From Candidatus Latescibacterota bacterium (GTDB taxonomy: Bacteria > Latescibacterota > UBA2968), in contig OZ242320.1 of assembly GCA_965208125.1 (NCBI GenBank), forward strand, positions 4,480,001 to 4,544,000: a DNA stretch of 64,000 bases, read 5' to 3'. Both the position numbers and the translations under genes were made by a program. The notes beneath the pieces are model-generated. The model did not search any database. It was not told the origin of the DNA and was given only the letters and a program-made list of their open reading frames with translations. This document shows positions 9,187-18,005 of the stretch, in pieces; positions within the stretch are counted from its first letter, which is position 1, and each line of letters begins with the position of its first letter.

Positions 9187-10458
9187 ATGCCTGACTTGAC
9201 CACAGATCGAAACGCGCTTTGGCAGCGGCAATTGAAGCGGTTGCGAGGTATGCTGTCTTCAGTGCTGAATGGCAATGATTTTTATCGCAATAAGTTGAAT
9301 CGGGCAGGTATTTATCGACCCGAGGATATTCAGACGCGCAATGATTACAGGCTGTTGCCCTTCACTACTAAAGAGGAATTATCGGCTGACCAGATGGCGT
9401 ATCCACCTTATGGCAGCAACGTGACTTTTCCGCCAGATCACTATATCCGCGTCCATCAAACATCGGGGACTACGGGAGAGCCTTTGAACTGGTTGGATAC
9501 GGTAGAGAGTTGGGATTGGTTTGCGCGTTGCTGGACTTATGTGTATCGCGGGGCGGGCGTGACGGCAAATGACAGATTGTTTTTTGCCTTTTCTTTTGGT
9601 CCTTTTATCGGATTCTGGACCGGGCATGAGAGCGCGCGTTTAATGGGTGCGATGTCCATCTCTGGGGGGTCCATGTCGTCGATTCAGCGTTTGCAAGCGA
9701 TTCAGGATCATCGGGTTACTGTTCTGATCTGTACGCCGACATATGCCCTGCATCTGGCAGAGGTGGCTGAGGCAGAAGGTTTTGATATTGCGGGTGGGGG
9801 TGTTCAGACTACGATTCACGCGGGTGAACCCGGTGCGGGGTTGCCGGCGACCAGACGACGCATTGAGCAGGCCTGGGGAGCGCGTTGTTATGACCACGCC
9901 GGGGCGACTGAGGTGGGTGCGTGGGGATTTGAATGTGCGTTTCGAGATGGCATGCATATCAACGAAGCTGAATTTATTTGCGAAGTGATTGATCCCGATA
10001 CGGGCGAACAAGCGAGAGAGGGGGAGTTGGTGCTCACCAGTTTGGGGCGTGCTGGTATGCCCGTTATCCGCTATCGCACAGGAGATCGCGTAAAGCTGCA
10101 TGCGGGAATATGTGATTGCGGTTCGAGTTTCTCGCGTCTTGAAGGGGGCGTGATTGGACGTATCGACGATGCATTGATTATCCGCGGCGTCAATTTTTAT
10201 CCCAGCGCGATTGAAAATATCGTTCGGGGATTTCCCGAAGTGACCGAGTTTGCGGTGGATATCTACCGACAAAGCGAAATGGATGATATGAAAATTCGCA
10301 TCGAGTTAAATGGTGGAGAGCCGGGGGCAATTTCCGAGACGATTGGCAGAGAGGTGCGACATATTCTGGGCATACGCGCTGGCGTTCAAACCGTGCCGCA
10401 TAATACTTTGCCGAGATTTGAACTGAAAGCGAGACGGTTTACTGATCACCGAGTTTAA
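9187..10458 (+). CDS. Phenylacetate-CoA ligase (PaaK) family AMP-binding enzyme
   Basis: TSGTTG P-loop, DHAGATEVG, RYRTGD, GRIDDALIIRGVNFYP and a C-terminal catalytic Lys (ELKARR). Confidence 0.92.
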   Translation: MPDLTTDRNALWQRQLKRLRGMLSSVLNGNDFYRNKLNRAGIYRPEDIQTRNDYRLLPFTTKEELSADQMAYPPYGSNVTFPPDHYIRVHQTSGTTGEPLNWLDTVESWDWFARCWTYVYRGAGVTANDRLFFAFSFGPFIGFWTGHESARLMGAMSISGGSMSSIQRLQAIQDHRVTVLICTPTYALHLAEVAEAEGFDIAGGGVQTTIHAGEPGAGLPATRRRIEQAWGARCYDHAGATEVGAWGFECAFRDGMHINEAEFICEVIDPDTGEQAREGELVLTSLGRAGMPVIRYRTGDRVKLHAGICDCGSSFSRLEGGVIGRIDDALIIRGVNFYPSAIENIVRGFPEVTEFAVDIYRQSEMDDMKIRIELNGGEPGAISETIGREVRHILGIRAGVQTVPHNTLPRFELKARRFTDHRV

Positions 10459-10472
10459 TAGAAAGCGTTTCT

Positions 10473-11732
10473 ATGATTGCAGATCAATACGATGTCATTG
10501 TCATTGGTGGAGGACCTGCGGGGAGTACGACAGCCGCGCTTGTCGCTGAATATGGGCACCGCGTACTGTTGCTGGAAAGGGAGGAGTTTCCCAGGTTTCA
10601 GATTGGCGAGTCCCTGATGCCGGGTACTTACTGGTCATTCAAACGGCTGGGGTTGCTGGATAAGCTAAAAAAAAGTGCGTTTGTCAAAAAGTACAGTGTT
10701 CAGTTTTTCAGCGGTTCGGGAAAAGGCTCTGCGCCATTTTATTTTCACTTACACGATCCCCACGAGAGTTCTATCACGTATCAGGTGTTGCGCAGCGAAT
10801 TTGATCTTATGATGATGGACAATGCCCGCGAGAAAGGCACTGTGGTCGAGCAGGGGGCGAGTGTGCATCAGGTGCATTTTAGTGGAGAGCGCGCAACGGG
10901 TGTTCAGGTGAGATACCGCGATGGACAGATCAGAGATGTGTCTGCCAGTGTTATTGTAGATGCGACGGGGCGAAGCGCGCTTATTTCGAGAAGGCTAAAG
11001 ACCAAGACGATTGAGCCAGAGCTAAAAAAGGCGTCTATTTTCACCCACTACAAAGGCGCGTTCCGAGACGAGGGTATTGACGAAGGCGCAACGCTGATTT
11101 TACATACGCAAGATAAGGATTCCTGGTTCTGGTACATCCCGCTGGCAGATGATGTGGTCAGCGTGGGTGTTGTTGGGGGATTGGATTATCTGTTGCAAAA
11201 CCGCAAGAGAACCCCTCAGGAAATTTTTGAAGAAGAGTTAGCAAAGTGTGTCCGCATGCAAGAACGGCTCGCAGGGGCAGATCAGTTATTTCCGATGAAA
11301 GTCACGCAGGACTTTTCATACCGATCCAATACTGTCGCGGGTGAGGGATGGGTGCTGGTAGGCGATGCTTTTGGTTTTATAGATCCCGTTTATTCCTCGG
11401 GTGTGTTTCTCGCGCTCAAATCGGGCGAGATGGCCGCCGATGCAATCCACGAGGCCATTGAAAAACGCGATTTCTCTGCCGAACAACTCGGCAAATGGGG
11501 GCCAGAATTTCTTCCGGGCATGGAGGCGATTCGCAAATTGGTCTATGCTTTTTATACCAAAGATTTCAGTTTTGCCAGATTTTTAAAAGCGCATCCAGAA
11601 TGTATAGATGGCATTATCAATATCTTAAAAGGCAATGTCTATCGCGAGGATGTCACCCCTATTTTTGAGCCTATGGGGCAAATGTGCGATCTGCCCGAAA
11701 CTGTGGATCACTACACTGAGGTATCTGCTTAA
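10473..11732 (+). CDS. Flavin-dependent halogenase-like oxidoreductase (CmlS/CndH-like)
   Basis: GGGPAG, FPRFQIGESL, FVKKYS (conserved Lys), WFWYIP (WxWxIP) and GDAFGFIDPVYSSGV. Confidence 0.82.
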   Translation: MIADQYDVIVIGGGPAGSTTAALVAEYGHRVLLLEREEFPRFQIGESLMPGTYWSFKRLGLLDKLKKSAFVKKYSVQFFSGSGKGSAPFYFHLHDPHESSITYQVLRSEFDLMMMDNAREKGTVVEQGASVHQVHFSGERATGVQVRYRDGQIRDVSASVIVDATGRSALISRRLKTKTIEPELKKASIFTHYKGAFRDEGIDEGATLILHTQDKDSWFWYIPLADDVVSVGVVGGLDYLLQNRKRTPQEIFEEELAKCVRMQERLAGADQLFPMKVTQDFSYRSNTVAGEGWVLVGDAFGFIDPVYSSGVFLALKSGEMAADAIHEAIEKRDFSAEQLGKWGPEFLPGMEAIRKLVYAFYTKDFSFARFLKAHPECIDGIINILKGNVYREDVTPIFEPMGQMCDLPETVDHYTEVSA

Positions 11733-11747
11733 ACGGGATTGCTGTAT

Positions 11748-13034
11748 ATGCGAATTGCTTATATTGCCGCGGGTGCAGCGGGCATGTATTGTGGCAGTTG
11801 TATTCACGACAATGCGCTGGCCTCCGCTCTTCAGCGCAGGGGGATAGACTTCGCGCTTATTCCGACGTACACGCCCCTGCGTACCGATGAACCGGGCGCG
11901 AGTATCGATCGGGTTTTTTATGGCGGCATCAATGTTTATCTCCAGCAGAAAATGGGTATTTTTCGGCACACGCCCTCTTTTATCGATAAGTTATTGAATA
12001 GCCGAATACTGCTCAATAGTCTCGCCCGTTTCAGTGGTTCAACGCGTGCTGAAGACCTCGGCGCGCTCACGGTATCGGTTTTAGAAGGGGAAGAAGGCGC
12101 ACAAAAAAAAGAACTCGCAAAGCTGGTGCACTGGTTAAAAGAGGATTTTCAGCCCGATCTCGTGCAATTGACCAATTCGATGTTTTTGGGCATGGCCAGA
12201 GAAATGAAACGGGAACTCGGCGTTCCCGTTTTGTGTTCTCTGCAAGGTGAGGATATCTTTCTCGAAGGATTGATAGAACCGTACAACGCGCAGGCGCGGC
12301 AGTGCTTACAGGATCGGGCAAAAGATGTCGATGGATTTGTAGCTACGTGTGACTATTATGCCGATTTTATGGCTGATTATCTCGATGTGCCGCGCAATAG
12401 GATTCACGTCGCTCCTTTGGGCATCAAATTAGACGGGCATGGGGAAAGCGATGTAAAGCCGGATCCATTGCCTTTTGCGATAGGTTATCTCGCCCGAATA
12501 TGTCCCGAGAAAGGGTTGCATGCGCTGGTAGATGCGTTTCATCAACTGGCTGAGCAAGTCGGTAAGGAGAATGTAAGACTTAGTGTTGCCGGTTATCTCG
12601 GACAAAGAGACGCGCCGTATTTTCAGCACGTATGCGAACAAATCGCATCCCGGGGACTTTCCGATGTTTTTGATTATCGCGGGGAAGTCAATCGAGAAGA
12701 AAAAATTGCATTCCTGAATAGTATCCATATCTTATCCGTGCCCACGCCTTATAAAGAGCCTAAAGGACTATCGCTGCTCGAAGCTATGGCCAATGGCGTT
12801 CCCGTTGTTCAGCCCCGGCACGGTATTTTTCCTGAATGGATTGAAAAAACGGGTGGGGGAATTCTGGTAGAGCCAGATTCTTCAGAGGCTCTGGCGGCAG
12901 GGTTAATGCGGATGATGAATGACGCAGATGGGCGAGAGGCGATGGGGCAAAAAGGCAAAGAAGCAGTACATCAAAATTTTAGCGACGACGATATGGCGGA
13001 AGCAACACTGGCGGTATATCGTCAGTATGTGTGA
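11748..13034 (+). CDS. Glycosyltransferase family 4 with an N-terminal CxxC
   Basis: GYLARICPEKG and EPKGLSLLEAMANGVPVV (E-x7-E). The N-terminus reads GMYCGSCIHD. Confidence 0.9.
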   Translation: MRIAYIAAGAAGMYCGSCIHDNALASALQRRGIDFALIPTYTPLRTDEPGASIDRVFYGGINVYLQQKMGIFRHTPSFIDKLLNSRILLNSLARFSGSTRAEDLGALTVSVLEGEEGAQKKELAKLVHWLKEDFQPDLVQLTNSMFLGMAREMKRELGVPVLCSLQGEDIFLEGLIEPYNAQARQCLQDRAKDVDGFVATCDYYADFMADYLDVPRNRIHVAPLGIKLDGHGESDVKPDPLPFAIGYLARICPEKGLHALVDAFHQLAEQVGKENVRLSVAGYLGQRDAPYFQHVCEQIASRGLSDVFDYRGEVNREEKIAFLNSIHILSVPTPYKEPKGLSLLEAMANGVPVVQPRHGIFPEWIEKTGGGILVEPDSSEALAAGLMRMMNDADGREAMGQKGKEAVHQNFSDDDMAEATLAVYRQYV

Positions 13035-13059
13035 TTAAAAACTTAACACGGGAGGGCAA

Positions 13060-13551
13060 ATGCCGACTTCTTCTTCTGGACTTACGTGGTTGATTTTTGC
13101 GTTGATGACTGTGGGCGCGTGGGGTTTGTACGGGATTTTTCTGCACACCGGACAGATCGCTATGGGCGATCCCGAAAATGGACGCTACAAAGCTTTTCTC
13201 TTTGTGGGTATTGCCTATCTTTTGACAGCTGTTATTGGATCCCTCATTGTGCTGGCGATCAACGGATCGGACTGGTCATTTCCGACAAAGGGGCTGACCT
13301 GGTCGCTGCTGGCTGGTATTGTGGGGGCCATCGGTGCATTTGGCGTGCTTCTCGCCTTTGGGGCGAAGGGGACACCGCCCGTGGTTATGTCTATTGTTTT
13401 TGCCGGCGCGCCTATTGTCAATGCCGTCGTATCCCTCATCTTGCATCCGCCAGCAGGTGGGTGGGGTGGGTTGAACTGGCAATTTGTGCTGGGTATTATA
13501 CTGGCTGCGATGGGAGGTTGTCTGGTGACATTATTTAAACCTTCGTCTTGA
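13060..13551 (+). CDS. Small multi-pass membrane protein (EamA/DMT-like)
   Basis: About 5 hydrophobic segments, WGLYG motif and a GGAGG RBS. Confidence 0.6.
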   Translation: MPTSSSGLTWLIFALMTVGAWGLYGIFLHTGQIAMGDPENGRYKAFLFVGIAYLLTAVIGSLIVLAINGSDWSFPTKGLTWSLLAGIVGAIGAFGVLLAFGAKGTPPVVMSIVFAGAPIVNAVVSLILHPPAGGWGGLNWQFVLGIILAAMGGCLVTLFKPSS

Positions 13552-13565
13552 TGACGGATAGCACT

Positions 13566-14003
13566 ATGCACAGTGAATTTCACACTACTCGCAGGGTTGC
13601 ATTTTCCGATACGGACATGGCCGGGATTGTACACTTTTCCCGGTTTTTTGTCTTTATGGAAGCTGCCGAGCATGCTTTTTTGCGCGCGTTGGGTACGAGT
13701 GTTTCAACAGAATGGGATGGGAATAAAATTGGATGGCCGCGATTGGAAGCGACATGTACATATCTCAGTCCAGCCGTATTTGAAGATGTGCTGGATATTC
13801 ATCTGAAGGTGATACGCAAAGGCACAAAATCCCTGACTTATCGGTTTGATTTTTTTCGCGGAGAGACAGCTATTGCTAGCGGCGAATTGAGTGCGGTATG
13901 TTGTATATGCAATCCCGGCGAAAAAATCAGGTCCATACCGATTCCAGATTTTATTGCGGATCAGATCGCGGATGAAGCAGATGGCGCAGATAGACGCGGA
14001 TGA
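13566..14003 (+). CDS. Hot-dog fold acyl-CoA thioesterase (4HBT/YbgC family)
   Basis: RVAFSDTDMAGIVHFSRFFVFMEAAE motif. Confidence 0.92.
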   Translation: MHSEFHTTRRVAFSDTDMAGIVHFSRFFVFMEAAEHAFLRALGTSVSTEWDGNKIGWPRLEATCTYLSPAVFEDVLDIHLKVIRKGTKSLTYRFDFFRGETAIASGELSAVCCICNPGEKIRSIPIPDFIADQIADEADGADRRG

Positions 14004-14007
14004 AGAT
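13954..14007 (+). repeat. Degenerate ~9-bp GC(G/A)GAT tandem repeats overlapping the thioesterase 3' end
   Basis: gcggatcagat-cgcggatgaa-gcagatggc-gcagataga-cgcggatgaa, which encodes the ADQIADEADGAD tail. Confidence 0.55.
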
Positions 14008-14014
14008 CGAGAAA

Positions 14015-14041
14015 GTAGGGGCGCGGCCCCTGTGCCCGCCC
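14015..14041 (+). repeat. GTAG-family REP-like palindrome
   Basis: Intergenic GTAGGGGCGCGGCCCCTGTGCCCGCCC: a GTAG tetranucleotide followed by an imperfect GC-rich hairpin. Confidence 0.6.
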
Positions 14042-14061
14042 GAATATTTAAGAGGTCGCAA

Positions 14062-14715
14062 ATGGCACTAAAAGTTGAAAACCTTTCCAAACGCTTTGGC
14101 GATGTAAATGTTCTGCAGGGTATATCTTTTGAAATGACAATGGGGCAGTCGCTGAGTGTTATGGGGCCTTCGGGGTCGGGGAAGAGCACCTTGTTGCATG
14201 TGCTTGGTACGCTGGATCGGCCATCTGAAGGGAGCCTCGAAATTGAAGGCCAGGATCCCTTTGCACTGTCGGAAATCGACCTTGCGCGGTTTAGAAATCA
14301 GGGGATTGGATTTGTGTTTCAAGAGCACCATCTTTTGCCGCAATACTCGGTTTTGGAAAATGTTTTGATTCCGACGCTGGCATTTCGAAATGGCGATGCT
14401 CGAGATCGCGCCCGAGAGATTATTGATCGCGTGGGCTTGTCGCATCGCATTGATCACCGGCCCGCCGAATTATCTGGTGGCGAGCGACAGCGCACAGCTG
14501 TTGCGCGTGCGCTCATCAATTCTCCGGCATTGCTCTTGTGCGACGAGCCAACGGGTAGCCTGGATGGGGCGCGGGCAGAGGAAATAGCCGATTTGCTATT
14601 TGAATTGCACAAGCGAGAAAATAATATCCTGATCTGCGCGACGCACAGCTCGGCACTGGCTCGTCGCTTTGAGCGGCGGTTTGACCTGCGGGAGGGGACG
14701 TGCGTCGAAGTCTGA
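14062..14715 (+). CDS. ABC transporter ATP-binding subunit (LolD/MacB-like)
   Basis: Walker A GPSGSGKST, signature LSGGERQR, Walker B LLLCDEPTG. AGAGG RBS before ATG 14062. Confidence 0.95.
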   Translation: MALKVENLSKRFGDVNVLQGISFEMTMGQSLSVMGPSGSGKSTLLHVLGTLDRPSEGSLEIEGQDPFALSEIDLARFRNQGIGFVFQEHHLLPQYSVLENVLIPTLAFRNGDARDRAREIIDRVGLSHRIDHRPAELSGGERQRTAVARALINSPALLLCDEPTGSLDGARAEEIADLLFELHKRENNILICATHSSALARRFERRFDLREGTCVEV

Positions 14716-17700
14716 TTTATTTCTGGCGAATTAATCTGGCTGTTGTGTTCGGCGTGGCAGTGGCGACAGCTGTTCTGACGGGTGCTTTGATCGTGGGCGA
14801 TTCCGTACGCGGCAGCTTGCGGGATTTGTCACTGAGTCGCCTGGGCAAAATTGATCACGCTCTGGTATCCGAGCGATTTTTCCGCGCAAGTCTGGAGCGC
14901 GACCTCGAGCGTGAACTCGACACTCAGGATGTTGTATCGGCCATTAGCTTGGGCGGAACGGCTGTTCACGTGGAATCGAATACGCGGGCTTCTCGCGTTC
15001 AAATTCAGGGTATTGATAATCGCTTTGCAAATCTGTTTGATCAAATATTGCCCGAGTTGACGCTCGAGGGAATATTTCCATCGGTTGTCGTCAACGAATC
15101 CCTCCAAAAAGAACTCAATGCACAGATTGGCGATGCCATTCTGCTGTCTTTTGAACAATCAGATGATATTCACCGCGAATCGCTATTTGGACGTGCCGAT
15201 GGTGCGGTTCAAACAATTCGATTGACACTCGCAGGCGTGCTTCCCGATAGGGGAATGGGGCGCTTTGGCTTTTTCGCTCGCCAGAGCGTTCCCCTCAATG
15301 CATATCTGTCGCTGCCGGTTTTACAAAAAGCGTTGGGGCAAAGAGGCCGCGTGAATACATTGCTGGTGTCGGGTGATCCTGATGCCGACGTTCGGGAAGC
15401 TCTTTCCCGCGTTGCAACGCCGGATGATCTTGGCATTGTCATCCGCCATGAAGCAGATTATTTCGCTGTCGAGAGCACGCAGTTTATTCTCAAATCCCAT
15501 ATTGTAGAGACTATTCAAAAAGTATCTGCTGAATTAAACGCGCCCCACATGTCTATTCTCACCTATCTGGCGAATACCACACAGGTGGGGGAGAGAGAAC
15601 TGCCCTATTCCACAATTTCTGCGATGGATGTTGAGAATCTGGGGACTTTTCAGCTTGTAGATGGATCACTACAACTCGGGGAAGACGATATTTTGCTGAA
15701 TATCTGGGCGGCTGAGGATTTGAACGCACGAGTTGGCGATGAAGTGAAAGTTGCCTATTACGAAGTTGCGCCAGGAGAAGAACTCCTGACCCGTTGGGAG
15801 ACGTTCCAACTCAAGGGTATTGTGGCAATGGCGGGATTGGGCGCAGATGAAAAGTTGTCCCCCGATTATCCGGGCCTGGGTGATGCAAATAATATGGCAG
15901 ATTGGGAAGCGCCCTTTCCCATAGACCTGAATAGTGTTCGTCCCGAGGATGAAGATTATTGGGATACCTATCGCGACGCGCCAAAAGCCTTTGTGTCTGC
16001 CGCGACTGGGCAGCGATTGTGGCAAAGTCGATTTGGCGTATTAACCGCCATACGCGTTGGGGCTATTGCGGGAGAAGATATCGAAACAACAGCGAAGCGA
16101 TTTGAGGATCGCTTGCTAAAAAACATTGCGCCCGAATCGGCTGGTCTGATATTTCAGCCCGTCAAACAACAGGGCCTGGCTGCTTCTGCGGGAGCGACGG
16201 ACTTTAGCGGGCTGTTTATTGCATTCAGCCAATTTCTGATTATCTCTGCGGCGCTTCTGGTCGGATTATTATTTCGCCTGAGTGTGGAGCAGCGAGGCAG
16301 AGAAGTTGGCCTGCGGATGGTGTCGGGATATACGGGAAAAAAAATTCGCCAACTCTTTAGTTGCGAGGGCCTTGTACTGGCCTGTGTGGGCGGTATTTTG
16401 GGGCTGGCAGGCGGTGTTTTCTACGCCTATCTGATTATGGCGGGATTGCGTACTTACTGGGTGGGCGCGGTTGGCACATCTGATCTCGTGCTTCATATCA
16501 ATGCATCGAGTCTGTTGTTGGGCTATGCCATTTCACTCATCGTGATTCTGCTGGCAATCTGGCTCACGCTTCGCCGTTTGGGTCATATTTCTGTTCGCGC
16601 ATTATTATCGGGTATTACGGAAGTGGTGCGCGCAAAGTCGCGCACTAAATGGTATGCTCTGGGCAGCCTCGTTCTTGCCGCGCTCAGTCTGGGGGGGGCT
16701 GTGGTGGTGGATCCATCGGCGGGTACGGTTTTGTTTTTTATTAGTGGCGCGTTGTGGATGGTTTCGGGGTTGTGCTTTCTCTCGCTCTGGTTTAGACGCG
16801 GGCATCGCGCCATAAGAGAGGGTATTATTGGGATGGGGGTACAAAATAGCAAGCGGCAGCCCGGGCGGAGTTTGCTGTGTGCCTCACTCATCGGTTGTGC
16901 GTGTTTTGTCATTGTTGCAGTAGGCGCGAACAGGCGAACTGATCTGACTCAAAATATCGCGCAGGATAAAGCCTCTGGCACGGGGGGTTTTGCCCTCATC
17001 GCCGAAGTTGATGTGCCGATTTATTGGGATTTCAATTCAAAAGACGGGCAATTTGAACTCGGATTCTCGCAAGCAGATGCAGAACTTTTGGATCAAGCGC
17101 GGTTTATTCCACTACGCGTTTTGCCCGGTGAAGATGCAAGTTGTCTCAATCTTTACAAGCCCGAAAGCCCGCGCGTTCTGGGCGTTCCCGAAGCTCTGCG
17201 TCAGCGAGGTGGTTTTACATTTCAGCAAACGAGTACCGAAGTGGAAAATCCCTGGACGCTATTATCCGAGGATCTGGGCGCAGATGTGGTCCCGGCAATT
17301 GGGGATTATAATTCGGCTATGTGGATCTTGCACAAGCAATTGGGCGATGATATTGTGTTGCAGAATGAAATAGGGGAGACCGTCAGACTGAGATTGGTGG
17401 GCTTGCTGAAGACGAGTATTTTTCAAAGTGAATTGCTGATTTCCGAAGACAATTTTTTGCGGCACTTTCCCGACCGGAGTGGGTATGAGGCTTTTCTCAT
17501 TGAAACGCAACAACCCGTTCAGCTTACTGCGCTTGTAGAGAGCAGATTAAAAGACATCGGGTTAGACGCCGTATCCACAACGCAAAAACTCGCGCATTTT
17601 CAGGAGGTCGAAAATACGTATCTCACCACCTTTCAAACACTGGGGGGATTGGGATTGCTGTTGGGTACGCTTGGATTGGGAATTGTTCTATTGAGAAATG

Positions 17701-17999
17701 TGATTGAAAGACGCGGTGAATTGGCCGTTCTTCGCGCCTTTGGATTTCGCCGCGCTGTGCTGTCGCGCATGTTGCTCGCGGAGAACGGTTTTTTAATGCT
17801 CGTGGGTCTGGCTATCGGTAGCGTCTCTGCGCTTATTGCAGTAGCGCCCCATGTCATGAGCTATGGTGCGTTAATTCCCTGGGGATCGCTGGCTCTCACG
17901 CTTGTCATCATATACGGTGCGGGCCTCATCGCAAGCGCGATAGCTGTTTTCTTTGCCTTGCGAGCACCTTTATTGCCCGCGTTGAAACAGGAGATATGA
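14700..17999 (+). CDS. Large FtsX/MacB-type ABC permease (duplicated permease domains)
   Basis: 1099 aa with two sets of TM helices and large periplasmic loops. EQRGREVGLRMVSG and ERRGELAVLRAFGF are FtsX-type motifs. Overlaps the ATPase gene. Confidence 0.9.
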   Translation: MRRSLIYFWRINLAVVFGVAVATAVLTGALIVGDSVRGSLRDLSLSRLGKIDHALVSERFFRASLERDLERELDTQDVVSAISLGGTAVHVESNTRASRVQIQGIDNRFANLFDQILPELTLEGIFPSVVVNESLQKELNAQIGDAILLSFEQSDDIHRESLFGRADGAVQTIRLTLAGVLPDRGMGRFGFFARQSVPLNAYLSLPVLQKALGQRGRVNTLLVSGDPDADVREALSRVATPDDLGIVIRHEADYFAVESTQFILKSHIVETIQKVSAELNAPHMSILTYLANTTQVGERELPYSTISAMDVENLGTFQLVDGSLQLGEDDILLNIWAAEDLNARVGDEVKVAYYEVAPGEELLTRWETFQLKGIVAMAGLGADEKLSPDYPGLGDANNMADWEAPFPIDLNSVRPEDEDYWDTYRDAPKAFVSAATGQRLWQSRFGVLTAIRVGAIAGEDIETTAKRFEDRLLKNIAPESAGLIFQPVKQQGLAASAGATDFSGLFIAFSQFLIISAALLVGLLFRLSVEQRGREVGLRMVSGYTGKKIRQLFSCEGLVLACVGGILGLAGGVFYAYLIMAGLRTYWVGAVGTSDLVLHINASSLLLGYAISLIVILLAIWLTLRRLGHISVRALLSGITEVVRAKSRTKWYALGSLVLAALSLGGAVVVDPSAGTVLFFISGALWMVSGLCFLSLWFRRGHRAIREGIIGMGVQNSKRQPGRSLLCASLIGCACFVIVAVGANRRTDLTQNIAQDKASGTGGFALIAEVDVPIYWDFNSKDGQFELGFSQADAELLDQARFIPLRVLPGEDASCLNLYKPESPRVLGVPEALRQRGGFTFQQTSTEVENPWTLLSEDLGADVVPAIGDYNSAMWILHKQLGDDIVLQNEIGETVRLRLVGLLKTSIFQSELLISEDNFLRHFPDRSGYEAFLIETQQPVQLTALVESRLKDIGLDAVSTTQKLAHFQEVENTYLTTFQTLGGLGLLLGTLGLGIVLLRNVIERRGELAVLRAFGFRRAVLSRMLLAENGFLMLVGLAIGSVSALIAVAPHVMSYGALIPWGSLALTLVIIYGAGLIASAIAVFFALRAPLLPALKQEI

Positions 18000-18005
18000 G
18001 GCGCG

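Noticed and set aside
9187-10458. Phenylacetate catabolism (paa) operon
   Set aside because: No paaABCDE, paaG or paaZ. The ligase sits among biosynthetic-type genes.
1-17999. RiPP precursor peptide for the radical SAM enzyme
   Set aside because: Intergenic gaps are too short, and no RRE/PqqD or SPASM domain is visible.
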